NCBI GenBank assembly: GCA_037138855.1
Contig: JBAXHO010000002.1
Span: forward strand, 1-63,769
Length of the DNA: 63,769 nt
Reading direction: 5' to 3'
Origin: a bacterium
GTDB lineage: Bacteria > Patescibacteriota > Dojkabacteria > B142 > OLB20
Below are positions 10,026 through 19,010 of the stretch, in pieces. Below the pieces are notes generated by a model that worked only from the letters and a program-made list of their open reading frames with translations, ran no database searches and was not told the origin of the DNA. The first letter of the stretch is position 1; each line of letters starts with the position of its first letter. Made by a program: the position numbers and the translations under genes.

Positions 10026-11387
10026 TTAATTAACTACTACTGCTTTGATGTTTGCAAATTCATATAAAGCATATTGTGATAACTCACGACCATATCCGGA
10101 TTTTTTTACTCCTCCGAATGAAAGTCTTGGATCAGATGAAGCTTTATCATTTACAACTACTAATCCAACATATAATTCTGAAACATATTTATTAACTAAT
10201 TCTAAATTATTTGTCCAAAGTGAAGCTGATAATCCAAATTCACTATCATTAGCAATTCTAATTGCATCTTCATTATCTTCGGCAGATATCACTGCACAAA
10301 CTGGACCAAAAACTTCTTCGTCATAACAAGGCATACCTTTTTTAACTCCAGTAATAATTGTCGGTAAATAAACCGTACTACGATCACCTACCTTACCGCC
10401 AAAGAGAATTTTCGCACCAAGCTTCACTGAAGCTTCCACTTGTTTGGCGACAATAGCAACTGCTTCTTCTGAAGCAAGCGGACCAATTTCAGTTTCCTTT
10501 TCTTCAGGATTGCCCACACGTTTCAACTTGATTTCCCGTAATAATTCATTGGTAAATTGTTCTAATCTGGATTTGACAACAATCATCCGTTTAGGTGAAT
10601 TACAAATTTGACCGGCATTATGTAACCGCATATTACAGCCGACTTTAGCTGCTTTATCAACATCTGCATCCTCGAGAATAATAAATGGGTCATTACCACC
10701 AAGTTCCATTAAAGTTTTTTTTAACTGAGATCCAGCCTGAGCAGCCACAATCTTTCCGGCAGTTTCACTACCAGTAAGAGAAATCGCCCGCACTAAAGGG
10801 TGGTTAATCACTGCTTCCACTTTTTTTGAGGAAATTAATAAAGTCTGCAATACGCCAGCAGGAAATCCAGCTTCAACAAAAGCAGATTCGATTGCAAGAG
10901 CAGCTTGAGGTACATTACTAGCGTGTTTCAAGGTTACTGTATTACCGACAAGTAATGTCGGAACCATCATTCTAATAGCTTGCCAAAAAGGAAAATTCCA
11001 GGGCATAATTGCAAGAATAACTCCTAAGGGCTCAATTACCATTTTAGCCTCCACTGCTTCAGTTTTAACAATTTCGGGTGTCATAAATTTGGGTGCATTT
11101 TGCACATAATAATCACAAACCCAAGCACACTTTTCGATTTCAGCCATTGCTTGTGTGATTGGCTTACCCATTTCCGCTACAATAATCCTGGCATACTGTT
11201 CCTGATTTTTACGTAATACTTCAGCTAATTGCTGAATTTTTTCTATGCGCTCACTAAGTTTTACAGAACGCCATGATAAAAATGCTTTATTCGCCTTTGT
11301 AATTTTCATAAATATTGTTTCACTGGTTTCCTCAGGAAAATCAGCTAATATTTTATTGGAATAAGGATTTTTTGATTGAATCGCCAT
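10026..11387 (-). CDS. gabD: NAD(P)-dependent aldehyde dehydrogenase, short succinate-semialdehyde dehydrogenase type
   Basis: ALDH motifs ELGGNDPFIILEDAD and catalytic Cys region NAGQICNSPKR. 453 aa. Confidence 0.75.
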   Translation of the reverse strand: MAIQSKNPYSNKILADFPEETSETIFMKITKANKAFLSWRSVKLSERIEKIQQLAEVLRKNQEQYARIIVAEMGKPITQAMAEIEKCAWVCDYYVQNAPKFMTPEIVKTEAVEAKMVIEPLGVILAIMPWNFPFWQAIRMMVPTLLVGNTVTLKHASNVPQAALAIESAFVEAGFPAGVLQTLLISSKKVEAVINHPLVRAISLTGSETAGKIVAAQAGSQLKKTLMELGGNDPFIILEDADVDKAAKVGCNMRLHNAGQICNSPKRMIVVKSRLEQFTNELLREIKLKRVGNPEEKETEIGPLASEEAVAIVAKQVEASVKLGAKILFGGKVGDRSTVYLPTIITGVKKGMPCYDEEVFGPVCAVISAEDNEDAIRIANDSEFGLSASLWTNNLELVNKYVSELYVGLVVVNDKASSDPRLSFGGVKKSGYGRELSQYALYEFANIKAVVVN

Positions 11388-11405
11388 CTCTAAATTTCAG
11401 TAAAA

Positions 11406-13040
11406 TTATAATTTATTTGTTAAGGCAATTAATTCTTTAAAAAAAATCTGATCATTTGGTCGATAATCAATTTCTAAATCAATTAAATGAACACCACTTG
11501 TATTGATAGCATGATCAAGAATCTCCTCAAATTGTAATACTGTTTTGGGACGATATCCCTTCACGTCATATGATTTAGCTAAATCAACAAAATCTGGATT
11601 ACCAAAATCTAAACCGAAAGCCGGAAATTTTTTCATATTTTGTTCCCAACGAATCATTCCCAAACCATCATCACGCAGCAATAGAATTACTAAATCAATG
11701 TTTAAACGCACAGCAGTTTCCAGTTCCTGAGAATTCATTAACAAACCTCCATCGCCTGTAACTACTAGCACTTTTCGGTTAGGGTAAACTAATTTCGTAG
11801 CAATTCCACTAGCAAGCCCGGCACCCATTGTGGCCAGTGCGTTATCCAATAAAACCGTATTGGCACTATATGCCTTAAAATAGCGGGCAAACCAAAGTTT
11901 ATACATTCCATTATCTAAAGCCAATATTCCATCTTCAGGTAAAATCTTTCTCACTGAGCTTACAAAACGTTGTGGAATAACAGGAAAGGATGTATTATCA
12001 ATTTCTGTTTGCAACTGATTATATTGTGCCTTTTGAATACTTTCTATCTTTGTAAAATCCCATTTTTGTAATGTAATTTTTTCTTTAATTTGCCAAATTG
12101 CGTTCGCAATATCGCCGATTACTTCCACTTGAGGAAAATATTCATTGTTTACTTTTGCAGCATAAAAATTAACATGTAATACCTGTTTTTCTCGAGTCAT
12201 GAAAAAAGGTGGCTTTTCGTTGATATCATATCCTACATTGATAATTAAATCTGATTTTTCAATCATTTTATGAACAAAATCATGATCAATAATTGCCGTT
12301 GTGCCTAAAAATTTCTTAGAACGTTCATCAATTACTCCCTTTCCCATAGGAGTCGTGATAAAAGGAATGCCAGTATATTCCATAAAATCCTGCAATGATT
12401 TAGAAGTTAATTTACGATTAGCTCCGGCACCAATCAATAATAAAGGAGTATGTGCCTCTTCAATCATTGTAACTGCAGCATTAATTGCTTTTATCTCCGC
12501 AATTGGTCTACGTAATCGCTTTGTTATAAAAGGAGGATTATTACTTTCTTCAATTAAAATATCTTTCGGTACCTCGACTAAAACCGAGCCCGGTCGCTCT
12601 TCCTGGGCGATTTGAAATGCCTCATGCACAATTGGAGCAATATGATTGGCAAAAACTACCTGTTTCGCCATTTTTGTTATCGGTGTAAATATATTTACCA
12701 GGTCAATGATTTGATATTGCGCTTGCCGTTCAGTCCGAATTGGTTTTTGTCCGGTAAGCATTACCATGGGCATTCCTCCCAGATAAGCATATGCAGCAGC
12801 AGTAACCAAATTTGTCGCTCCCGGACCAAGAGTAGTTAGACAAACACCAGCCTTTCCGGTGAGCCGGCCATATGTCGCAGCCATAAAGCCAGCAGCTTGT
12901 TCATGCCGAGTCAGGATAAATTTGATTTTTGATGTTCTTAAAGATTCGAGTAAATCGAGATTTTCTTCGCCGGGATAACCAAATACATATTCCACTCCTT
13001 CATTCTCTAGACATTTAACTAATAAATCTGCTCCTTTCAT
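11406..13040 (-). CDS. thiamine-pyrophosphate enzyme of the acetolactate synthase large-subunit family (substrate uncertain)
   Basis: N-terminal Pyr domain (GYPGEENLDLLESL), TPP-binding GDGGLLMNSQELETA. 544 aa. Confidence 0.85.
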   Translation of the reverse strand: MKGADLLVKCLENEGVEYVFGYPGEENLDLLESLRTSKIKFILTRHEQAAGFMAATYGRLTGKAGVCLTTLGPGATNLVTAAAYAYLGGMPMVMLTGQKPIRTERQAQYQIIDLVNIFTPITKMAKQVVFANHIAPIVHEAFQIAQEERPGSVLVEVPKDILIEESNNPPFITKRLRRPIAEIKAINAAVTMIEEAHTPLLLIGAGANRKLTSKSLQDFMEYTGIPFITTPMGKGVIDERSKKFLGTTAIIDHDFVHKMIEKSDLIINVGYDINEKPPFFMTREKQVLHVNFYAAKVNNEYFPQVEVIGDIANAIWQIKEKITLQKWDFTKIESIQKAQYNQLQTEIDNTSFPVIPQRFVSSVRKILPEDGILALDNGMYKLWFARYFKAYSANTVLLDNALATMGAGLASGIATKLVYPNRKVLVVTGDGGLLMNSQELETAVRLNIDLVILLLRDDGLGMIRWEQNMKKFPAFGLDFGNPDFVDLAKSYDVKGYRPKTVLQFEEILDHAINTSGVHLIDLEIDYRPNDQIFFKELIALTNKL

Positions 13041-13058
13041 GATGGATAATACTAATAT

Positions 13059-13790
13059 TTAAGCTAATTTCTGATCGGTAAACACTGTCAACTTCGTCTG
13101 ATCCAAATATAATGCTGGAAACAAATGATAAAAATCTTTTCTGGCTGCCATTTTATCATCCTGCATTAACAACGCAAAACGCTTCAGGACATCACTTTTA
13201 TCTGCTCCAACGGCAAAGAGAAGCACTTCGCTAATGTGTGGGAATAATTCCGGAGTAATCGTAATTCTTTCGGCATAATCAGTCCCAAATTTATGAGCTG
13301 CTGTAAAATGCCCATCCAAATAAGTCTGTTCAAAAACTAATTTTACTTTATGGGGAATAATACCAGCAGTATGACCATCCTTGCCAATTCCCTGCAAGCT
13401 AATTATTTTATAAGCACTAGCGAGCTTTCTTTCAATAAAATCAGCAAAACGTAGTGCTTCATTTTCCTGCGTAGCTCCAGTTAAAATCGAAAAAATTTCT
13501 GCACCCTGCTTTTTCAAAATTGACCAAATCGGAGCGCTGGCAATCAATGCCCAATTGGCTTTGTCATGCAAAGGATTTTGATTCCAACGTTCATCACCCA
13601 TAGCGATTGCTAAATTATGATAATCCAATTCCGGATCAAAATATTGATCGAGAATTTGATACACTTGTGATGCACTTCCTCCAGAGAGAAATAACAAAAC
13701 TTTTTGAGACTGCTTTATGTTGGATATGATAATTTTAGAGAGAACTTTTGCAATATCTTGAGCTGGTTGCGTTGTAGAATTAAGCTTCAT
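13059..13790 (-). CDS. 6-phosphogluconolactonase / glucosamine-6-P isomerase superfamily protein
   Basis: LFLSGGSASQVY and LQGIGKDGHTAGIIP match the Pgl/NagB motifs. Confidence 0.65.
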   Translation of the reverse strand: MKLNSTTQPAQDIAKVLSKIIISNIKQSQKVLLFLSGGSASQVYQILDQYFDPELDYHNLAIAMGDERWNQNPLHDKANWALIASAPIWSILKKQGAEIFSILTGATQENEALRFADFIERKLASAYKIISLQGIGKDGHTAGIIPHKVKLVFEQTYLDGHFTAAHKFGTDYAERITITPELFPHISEVLLFAVGADKSDVLKRFALLMQDDKMAARKDFYHLFPALYLDQTKLTVFTDQKLA

Positions 13791-13849
13791 TTAATCAAAA
13801 GTAATAATTTATTATATATTTATCTTATCATAATTATCATTAAAATCAG

Positions 13850-14344
13850 ATGAACAATAAAATTTTATCAATTCCAGTTCAGGATTTAGCAGGTAAACCA
13901 GCACAACTTATGGATTTGAAGGGAAGTTATGTGGTACTTTACGTTTATCCCAAAGACCAGACACCTGGTTGTACCGTAGAAGCTTGTGAATTCAGAGATT
14001 TCAACAATGACATTAAAAAAATGGGAGTGAAAGTCATTGGTATTAGTGGCGATTCTGTAGCATCGCATCTTAAATTTCAGGAAAAACATCAACTAAATTT
14101 CACACTTTGGTCAGATCCGGAACGAAAATTATTAACAGAATTAGGTGCAATTAAACAAAAATCCATGTTTGGCAACACTTTCCTCGGAATTATTCGCAGC
14201 ACCTATATTTTTGATCCTCAAGGAGAATTAATTAAAACCTGGCCCAAAGTTAAGCCATTAGGACATGCCAAGGAAGTGTATGAGTATCTGAAAACTGTGA
14301 GCGGTGATCGGGAGGGAAAAATATTGGAAAATGGTGCTAACTAG
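13850..14344 (+). CDS. bcp: thiol peroxidase / peroxiredoxin Bcp
   Basis: YPKDQTPGCTVEACEFRD peroxidatic Cys motif. 164 aa. Confidence 0.9.
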   Translation: MNNKILSIPVQDLAGKPAQLMDLKGSYVVLYVYPKDQTPGCTVEACEFRDFNNDIKKMGVKVIGISGDSVASHLKFQEKHQLNFTLWSDPERKLLTELGAIKQKSMFGNTFLGIIRSTYIFDPQGELIKTWPKVKPLGHAKEVYEYLKTVSGDREGKILENGAN

Positions 14345-14456
14345 TATATCGGTAGATTCCGGACAGCAAGCAATTCTAAGCTATCACTAAGAATTGCTAA
14401 CTTCCGGAATGACGTTTAGGGCTATTTGAAACTTTTAGTATGCCATTAAAACCTAG
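14342..14456. repeat. ~115-nt structured intergenic repeat, copy A (candidate sRNA/terminator/MITE-like)
   Basis: About 80% identical to 26590-26702. Nested hairpin: ATTCCGGA (14356-63) pairs with TCCGGAAT (14403-10), and AGCAATTCT (14369-77) pairs with AGAATTGCT (14390-98). Confidence 0.7.
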
Positions 14457-14513
14457 CTAGCAGATACTTTCTAGATACTAGATACCAGCTACCAGATACT
14501 TTTCTCACTACCT

Positions 14514-14541
14514 GATACGTGATACATGATACTTGATACTA
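14514..14541 (+). repeat. GATAC-heptamer tandem array (4 units)
   Basis: GATACGT GATACAT GATACTT GATACTA, ending 6 nt from the pyrD stop codon. Extra spaced GATAC words occur at 14463-14499. Confidence 0.9.
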
Positions 14542-14546
14542 TCCAT

Positions 14547-15659
14547 TCATTTCCCCGCTTTCACTCCAATTGCTTCGCTAATATTTTTATAACCGTCTTG
14601 CTTTAATAATTTCACCAAACCTTTATTGATTTGACCGATTAATTGCGGACCTTCAAAAATCATACCGGTAATGAGTTGTACCAATGTAGCTCCCAGTTTG
14701 ATTTTTTCATAAGCATCCTCTGCAGAAAAAATTCCACCAACGCCAATTATTATCAATTTTTTTCCAAATTGTTTATATGTTTTTTCAATTAATTTATTGC
14801 CGAGTTTCCAGGTAGGCTTACCACTGATGCCACCTTTCATCTCTTCTGTTACTTTATCTTTTGAAGAAATATTGCTGCGATCTTTATTTAAATTTCCAAT
14901 AATCACTCCTGTGACCTCATATCTCACTGCTACTTTCAACAATTGAGCAATCCGATTCCAACTGAGATTAATTGGCATTTTGATAAAAAGCGGACGGGCA
15001 GATTTGATTTCCCGGATTTTTTTCAATAATGCATCAAGCTTTTCCGGAGTAGTAAAAGGCTCTCCGCCAAAAGTATTGGGACAGGAAATATTTAAAGTAT
15101 AGAAATCACCTAAATTTTTTTCATTTAGTAATTTATATGAATTAAAATAATCCTCGATACCTTGATCAATTGTACAAGTTTCAGGAGAATTAGTTTTGGC
15201 TATGGAAATACTGAGAGGAATGTTTGTTTTACCATGTTTTTCCAAATTTTCAGAAATTTTCTTGGCACCAATATTTTTCAAGCCATAATTGACAATGATT
15301 CCTCGAGAATTGGGTAATCGTATCAACCTTGGCTTGGCATTACCAGCATAAGAAAACCAGGTAATTGAACCGATTTGATTAAAACCGAAACCCACTTCCG
15401 GTAGGATATCAATTAGATTGGCATCTTTATCAAATCCTTCGGATAAGCCTACAGGATTTTTAAAAGTAATACCGGCCACCTCTTGCTCCAGCATGGGATT
15501 ACGATAGCGAAAAAACAACCGGGTGAAAAATCTAGTAATTGCAAATTTCCCCAGTATATTACCAATTTTTATAAAACTATCATGTACATCTTCAGGATCA
15601 CGTTTAAAAAGAATTTTTTTTAAGAAATTTTGATAAACCCAGGCAATTAAACTTCGCAT
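14547..15659 (-). CDS. pyrD: dihydroorotate dehydrogenase (quinone), class 2
   Basis: N-terminal extension, GLSEGFDKD, NISCPNT, GVGGI motifs. 370 aa. Confidence 0.92.
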   Translation of the reverse strand: MRSLIAWVYQNFLKKILFKRDPEDVHDSFIKIGNILGKFAITRFFTRLFFRYRNPMLEQEVAGITFKNPVGLSEGFDKDANLIDILPEVGFGFNQIGSITWFSYAGNAKPRLIRLPNSRGIIVNYGLKNIGAKKISENLEKHGKTNIPLSISIAKTNSPETCTIDQGIEDYFNSYKLLNEKNLGDFYTLNISCPNTFGGEPFTTPEKLDALLKKIREIKSARPLFIKMPINLSWNRIAQLLKVAVRYEVTGVIIGNLNKDRSNISSKDKVTEEMKGGISGKPTWKLGNKLIEKTYKQFGKKLIIIGVGGIFSAEDAYEKIKLGATLVQLITGMIFEGPQLIGQINKGLVKLLKQDGYKNISEAIGVKAGK

Positions 15660-15763
15660 CAGTATTTACTCAGTTGAATTAATATTGGTAAGCTGAATTT
15701 TACCTTGATTGCGAAAAATTAACAAGGATTCGAGATTCGGATTCGAGATTCACTTCTTGCCCT

Positions 15764-15865
15764 AATTTGCTATAATAAACGTGTTAATCAGAATCCGGAT
15801 TCCAGTTTCTCTTTTTACTACTTGACACATGATACTTGATACATGATACATGATACTTGATACTA
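15764..15865 (+). repeat. promoter/leader cassette, upstream copy
   Basis: AATTTGCTATAATAAA..ATCAG..TTCCAGTTTCTCTTTTTACTACTT followed by 6 GATAC heptamers. About 80% identical to 22157-22265, with a 24-nt perfect core (15800-15823 = 22193-22216). Confidence 0.85.
15768..15776 (+). promoter_or_regulatory. extended -10 promoter TGCTATAAT
   Basis: TGnTATAAT about 130 nt upstream of the GTG start at 15909. The same nonamer occurs at 22161 and 47834. Confidence 0.5.
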
Positions 15866-15908
15866 ATTTAAATTCCAGTTTTCAATTTTCCTTGCTATAC
15901 TGATTATA

Positions 15909-18900
15909 GTGAAAGAAAAACGCACAATAAAATTACTGTACCCAGGTATGATAATTTTGACATTAGTAATGTTTTTTTTGGTATGGGGAAATATTCTGAC
16001 TAAGAACTCAATCAAAGAGCTTCAGACAGGTAACTACCTTAAACAATACGTCACAGAAGAAAAATTGTTGCAATACGAACCTTATGATATCGCACTCCAA
16101 TATAGCGACGGGAAAAAGGAAAGTGCCCGAATTATCAATGCTACCATTGATTCCAGTAATCTGATTGGTGGCTTGGAATTTGAAACAAAATCTGGAAAAA
16201 CATTGATCCTAAATACTTATCACTCAGTGGTTACCCTCTCCGAATCCAATGTGCAATCCATTACCCTGACTGAACTGGCAGACTATGAACCAGCCAATAG
16301 AAGTCTTGCCGGGATAAAATTGCAATTAAAAACAATTACAAGCGTAGAACTTGCTGATGGTAGTATAGTCACTAGTAAACTTGCTGATGCCACGATCACT
16401 GGTGGTAAGATTCAGACTGGAGTAATTGAAACTAGTCATCTTAATAATGGTATAGTCACTTCAATAAAATTTGCCGATGGTACACTCACTACTACCAAGA
16501 TTCTTAATGGGACAATTCAAGGAGAGGACTTGGCTGATCAAACGATCACAACAGATAAATTAGCAGATAATGCCGTAACTGCTGACAAAATTGAAAATGG
16601 CACAATTAATAATCCAGATTTAGCAGACGAAAGTATCAATGATGCAAAAGTAGTAACCGGTGCAAATATCGATTGGAGTAAAATCAGTAAAATTGGTTCC
16701 AGTATTGCTGATCTGACAAACCGTAATTCTACTGATCTTGCGTTAGCTGATTTAGGAAACTTTTTTACAACATCCAATATCGAAGGTGCTTTGGCCGAGC
16801 TGGCAGTAGCTGAAGCCAGTATTACCAATGATCATTTACGAGTGGATGCTTCCAATGGACCTGTATCTGGTACACTCATTCTAAAAAATCTCAATGACGC
16901 ACCAGAATTAGTGATCAAGGATAAAGTCGGTCAGACAGCCAATCTACAGGAATGGCAAGATAATAATGGAAATATTTTGAATGTAATTGATTACAATGGT
17001 AATCTCGGCGTCGGGACATCGACAACAGCTAACTATAATGTATTTGTAGCCGGCAGCGGCAAAGTGACTGGAAGATTTTCCGCACCGGAAATGGATCGCT
17101 GGCTCCAAGTTCCTGATTTAAATCGCAATATTACAACAAAACCTTTGACAATAAATACCGGTGGAATTCCTAGAGGATTAGCTTTTGATGGTAGTTATCT
17201 CTGGACGGCAAATGATGTAATTAATACAATTTCCAAAATCGATGTCAATACTGGACAAATTGTCGCTACATTATCTGACCCTGCGATGTCAGGTCCGCAT
17301 ACAGCATTATTCGATGGCACTTATATCTGGATGCTTTGTTGGAACAGTACTCTTGTGAAAGTTGATATTAATAAAAATATAATCCTTGGCGTTTATAACT
17401 ATAACAATTTCGCGGGCACTGCTTTAGCTTATGATGGAAGATATATCTGGGCTTCAGCAAGTAATAATAATATTTACAAAATTGATCCAGAAACTGTAGC
17501 CATTGTCGCTACAGTAAATAATCCGGGACATGGTTGGGGTTATGCTACTTTTGATGGAAAATATCTCTGGAGTATCGATGGAATTGGAACTGTAACCAAG
17601 CTTGATATAGATACAAATACAATTGCTGGTTATTTTTATGTTGGAAACGGCTTATTAGGAATTGCTTATGATGGTACTAATATCTGGGTAGCCAATGGTA
17701 GTACATATACTTATTCAAAAATTGATTCTAAAAGTGGAGCAGTTTTAGCCGATATTCCTGCAAATGCTAGTTGGCCACTTGGAATGACTTTCGATGGTAC
17801 TTATGTTTGGGTAGCAAATTTTGGTGGTAATATTTCAGCGATTGACCCCAACACCAATACAGTAGTTCAAACAATTGGGAGCTTTGGCAATCCTCACCAA
17901 ATCTTATTTGACGGTCAAGCAATCTGGGTTTCCAACTCCAATGCAGGTGCTGTGAGTAAATATAATGTTGCTACTTCTACATCCACTAGTTTAACGAACC
18001 GAAATGAGTTCTATGTTGGTCAGCAAAAAACAACCGCAGTATTAGGTGTGGCGAACTCTGAAAACTTTAATGATGTCATTACAAATTATAATGGTTCCTT
18101 AGAATCAGTCAGTGCTGAGGCGAGTACGTCTGGGGGTACAGCATTTGACTTACTACAAAATATCAACTCATATTTGTATGTAATGCGTAAAACACCGTTT
18201 CAATCAGTTTATTTCAATCTTCAGACAAAAGCAGTTGGCCTAACTCTAGCTGTAGAATATTGGAATGGCAGTACCTGGATCAACCAGACTTTTAGTGATA
18301 ATACAACGGATCTAAGCAATAATGGTACATTAGTATTATCATCGGTACCTTCAAATTGGCTGTATTCGACTGTCAATGGCACCACTGGATATTTTCTAAG
18401 AATTAGGACGGTTACAAATCCTTCGACAATTTCAGCTGCATATGCAGTGTTACCAAGTGACCGTGATGCATTGTATGTGAATGCTCAGCTTTATGACCCT
18501 TATCCAGCATTTTTTGTGAGTAAGGATAGTTTAATTGGAATTGGAACAGCCAATCCTAAAGCACAATTTGAGGTTAATGCTGTAGTGGATTTGACTCAAA
18601 CGCTAATCAAAGCTAATGCTACCCAGACAGCAAATCTCACTGAGTGGCAAGATAATTCAGCAGCTGTTCTCGCATCAATCAATAAAGATGGTGGGATAGT
18701 TCTAAATGAAAATGGAGTTGGAACAAATATTCGCTTTGAGGGCGATAATAATCAGAATTCATTTATTATTGCAGGAGTGTCAGATAAAATCGGAATTGGA
18801 ACAAACGTAGCCAAAGCTACACTTGATGTGGATGGCTTTATTCGTTTGAAAAATAATAATGCTGCCCCAGCAATTTGCACTGCAAGCAATGAAAGCTCAA

Positions 18901-18986
18901 TTGCTATTACTTCTGGTTACGCAATCTGTATTTGCAATGGTAGCGCCTGGGTTCAGCTAAAAGATGGTATAGCATGTACTTGGTAA
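15909..18986 (+). CDS. large membrane-anchored surface protein, paralogue 1
   Basis: N-terminal TM helix; run of ~11-residue repeats (LADxxITxxKIxxGTI); 7 blades of FDGxYIW(V/T)AN-type YVTN-like beta-propeller; two TANL(Q/T)EWQD motifs; C-terminal CxCxNG..C tail. Confidence 0.6.
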   Translation: MKEKRTIKLLYPGMIILTLVMFFLVWGNILTKNSIKELQTGNYLKQYVTEEKLLQYEPYDIALQYSDGKKESARIINATIDSSNLIGGLEFETKSGKTLILNTYHSVVTLSESNVQSITLTELADYEPANRSLAGIKLQLKTITSVELADGSIVTSKLADATITGGKIQTGVIETSHLNNGIVTSIKFADGTLTTTKILNGTIQGEDLADQTITTDKLADNAVTADKIENGTINNPDLADESINDAKVVTGANIDWSKISKIGSSIADLTNRNSTDLALADLGNFFTTSNIEGALAELAVAEASITNDHLRVDASNGPVSGTLILKNLNDAPELVIKDKVGQTANLQEWQDNNGNILNVIDYNGNLGVGTSTTANYNVFVAGSGKVTGRFSAPEMDRWLQVPDLNRNITTKPLTINTGGIPRGLAFDGSYLWTANDVINTISKIDVNTGQIVATLSDPAMSGPHTALFDGTYIWMLCWNSTLVKVDINKNIILGVYNYNNFAGTALAYDGRYIWASASNNNIYKIDPETVAIVATVNNPGHGWGYATFDGKYLWSIDGIGTVTKLDIDTNTIAGYFYVGNGLLGIAYDGTNIWVANGSTYTYSKIDSKSGAVLADIPANASWPLGMTFDGTYVWVANFGGNISAIDPNTNTVVQTIGSFGNPHQILFDGQAIWVSNSNAGAVSKYNVATSTSTSLTNRNEFYVGQQKTTAVLGVANSENFNDVITNYNGSLESVSAEASTSGGTAFDLLQNINSYLYVMRKTPFQSVYFNLQTKAVGLTLAVEYWNGSTWINQTFSDNTTDLSNNGTLVLSSVPSNWLYSTVNGTTGYFLRIRTVTNPSTISAAYAVLPSDRDALYVNAQLYDPYPAFFVSKDSLIGIGTANPKAQFEVNAVVDLTQTLIKANATQTANLTEWQDNSAAVLASINKDGGIVLNENGVGTNIRFEGDNNQNSFIIAGVSDKIGIGTNVAKATLDVDGFIRLKNNNAAPAICTASNESSIAITSGYAICICNGSAWVQLKDGIACTW

Positions 18987-19010
18987 CATTTTTATGATTT
19001 AATTATTTTT

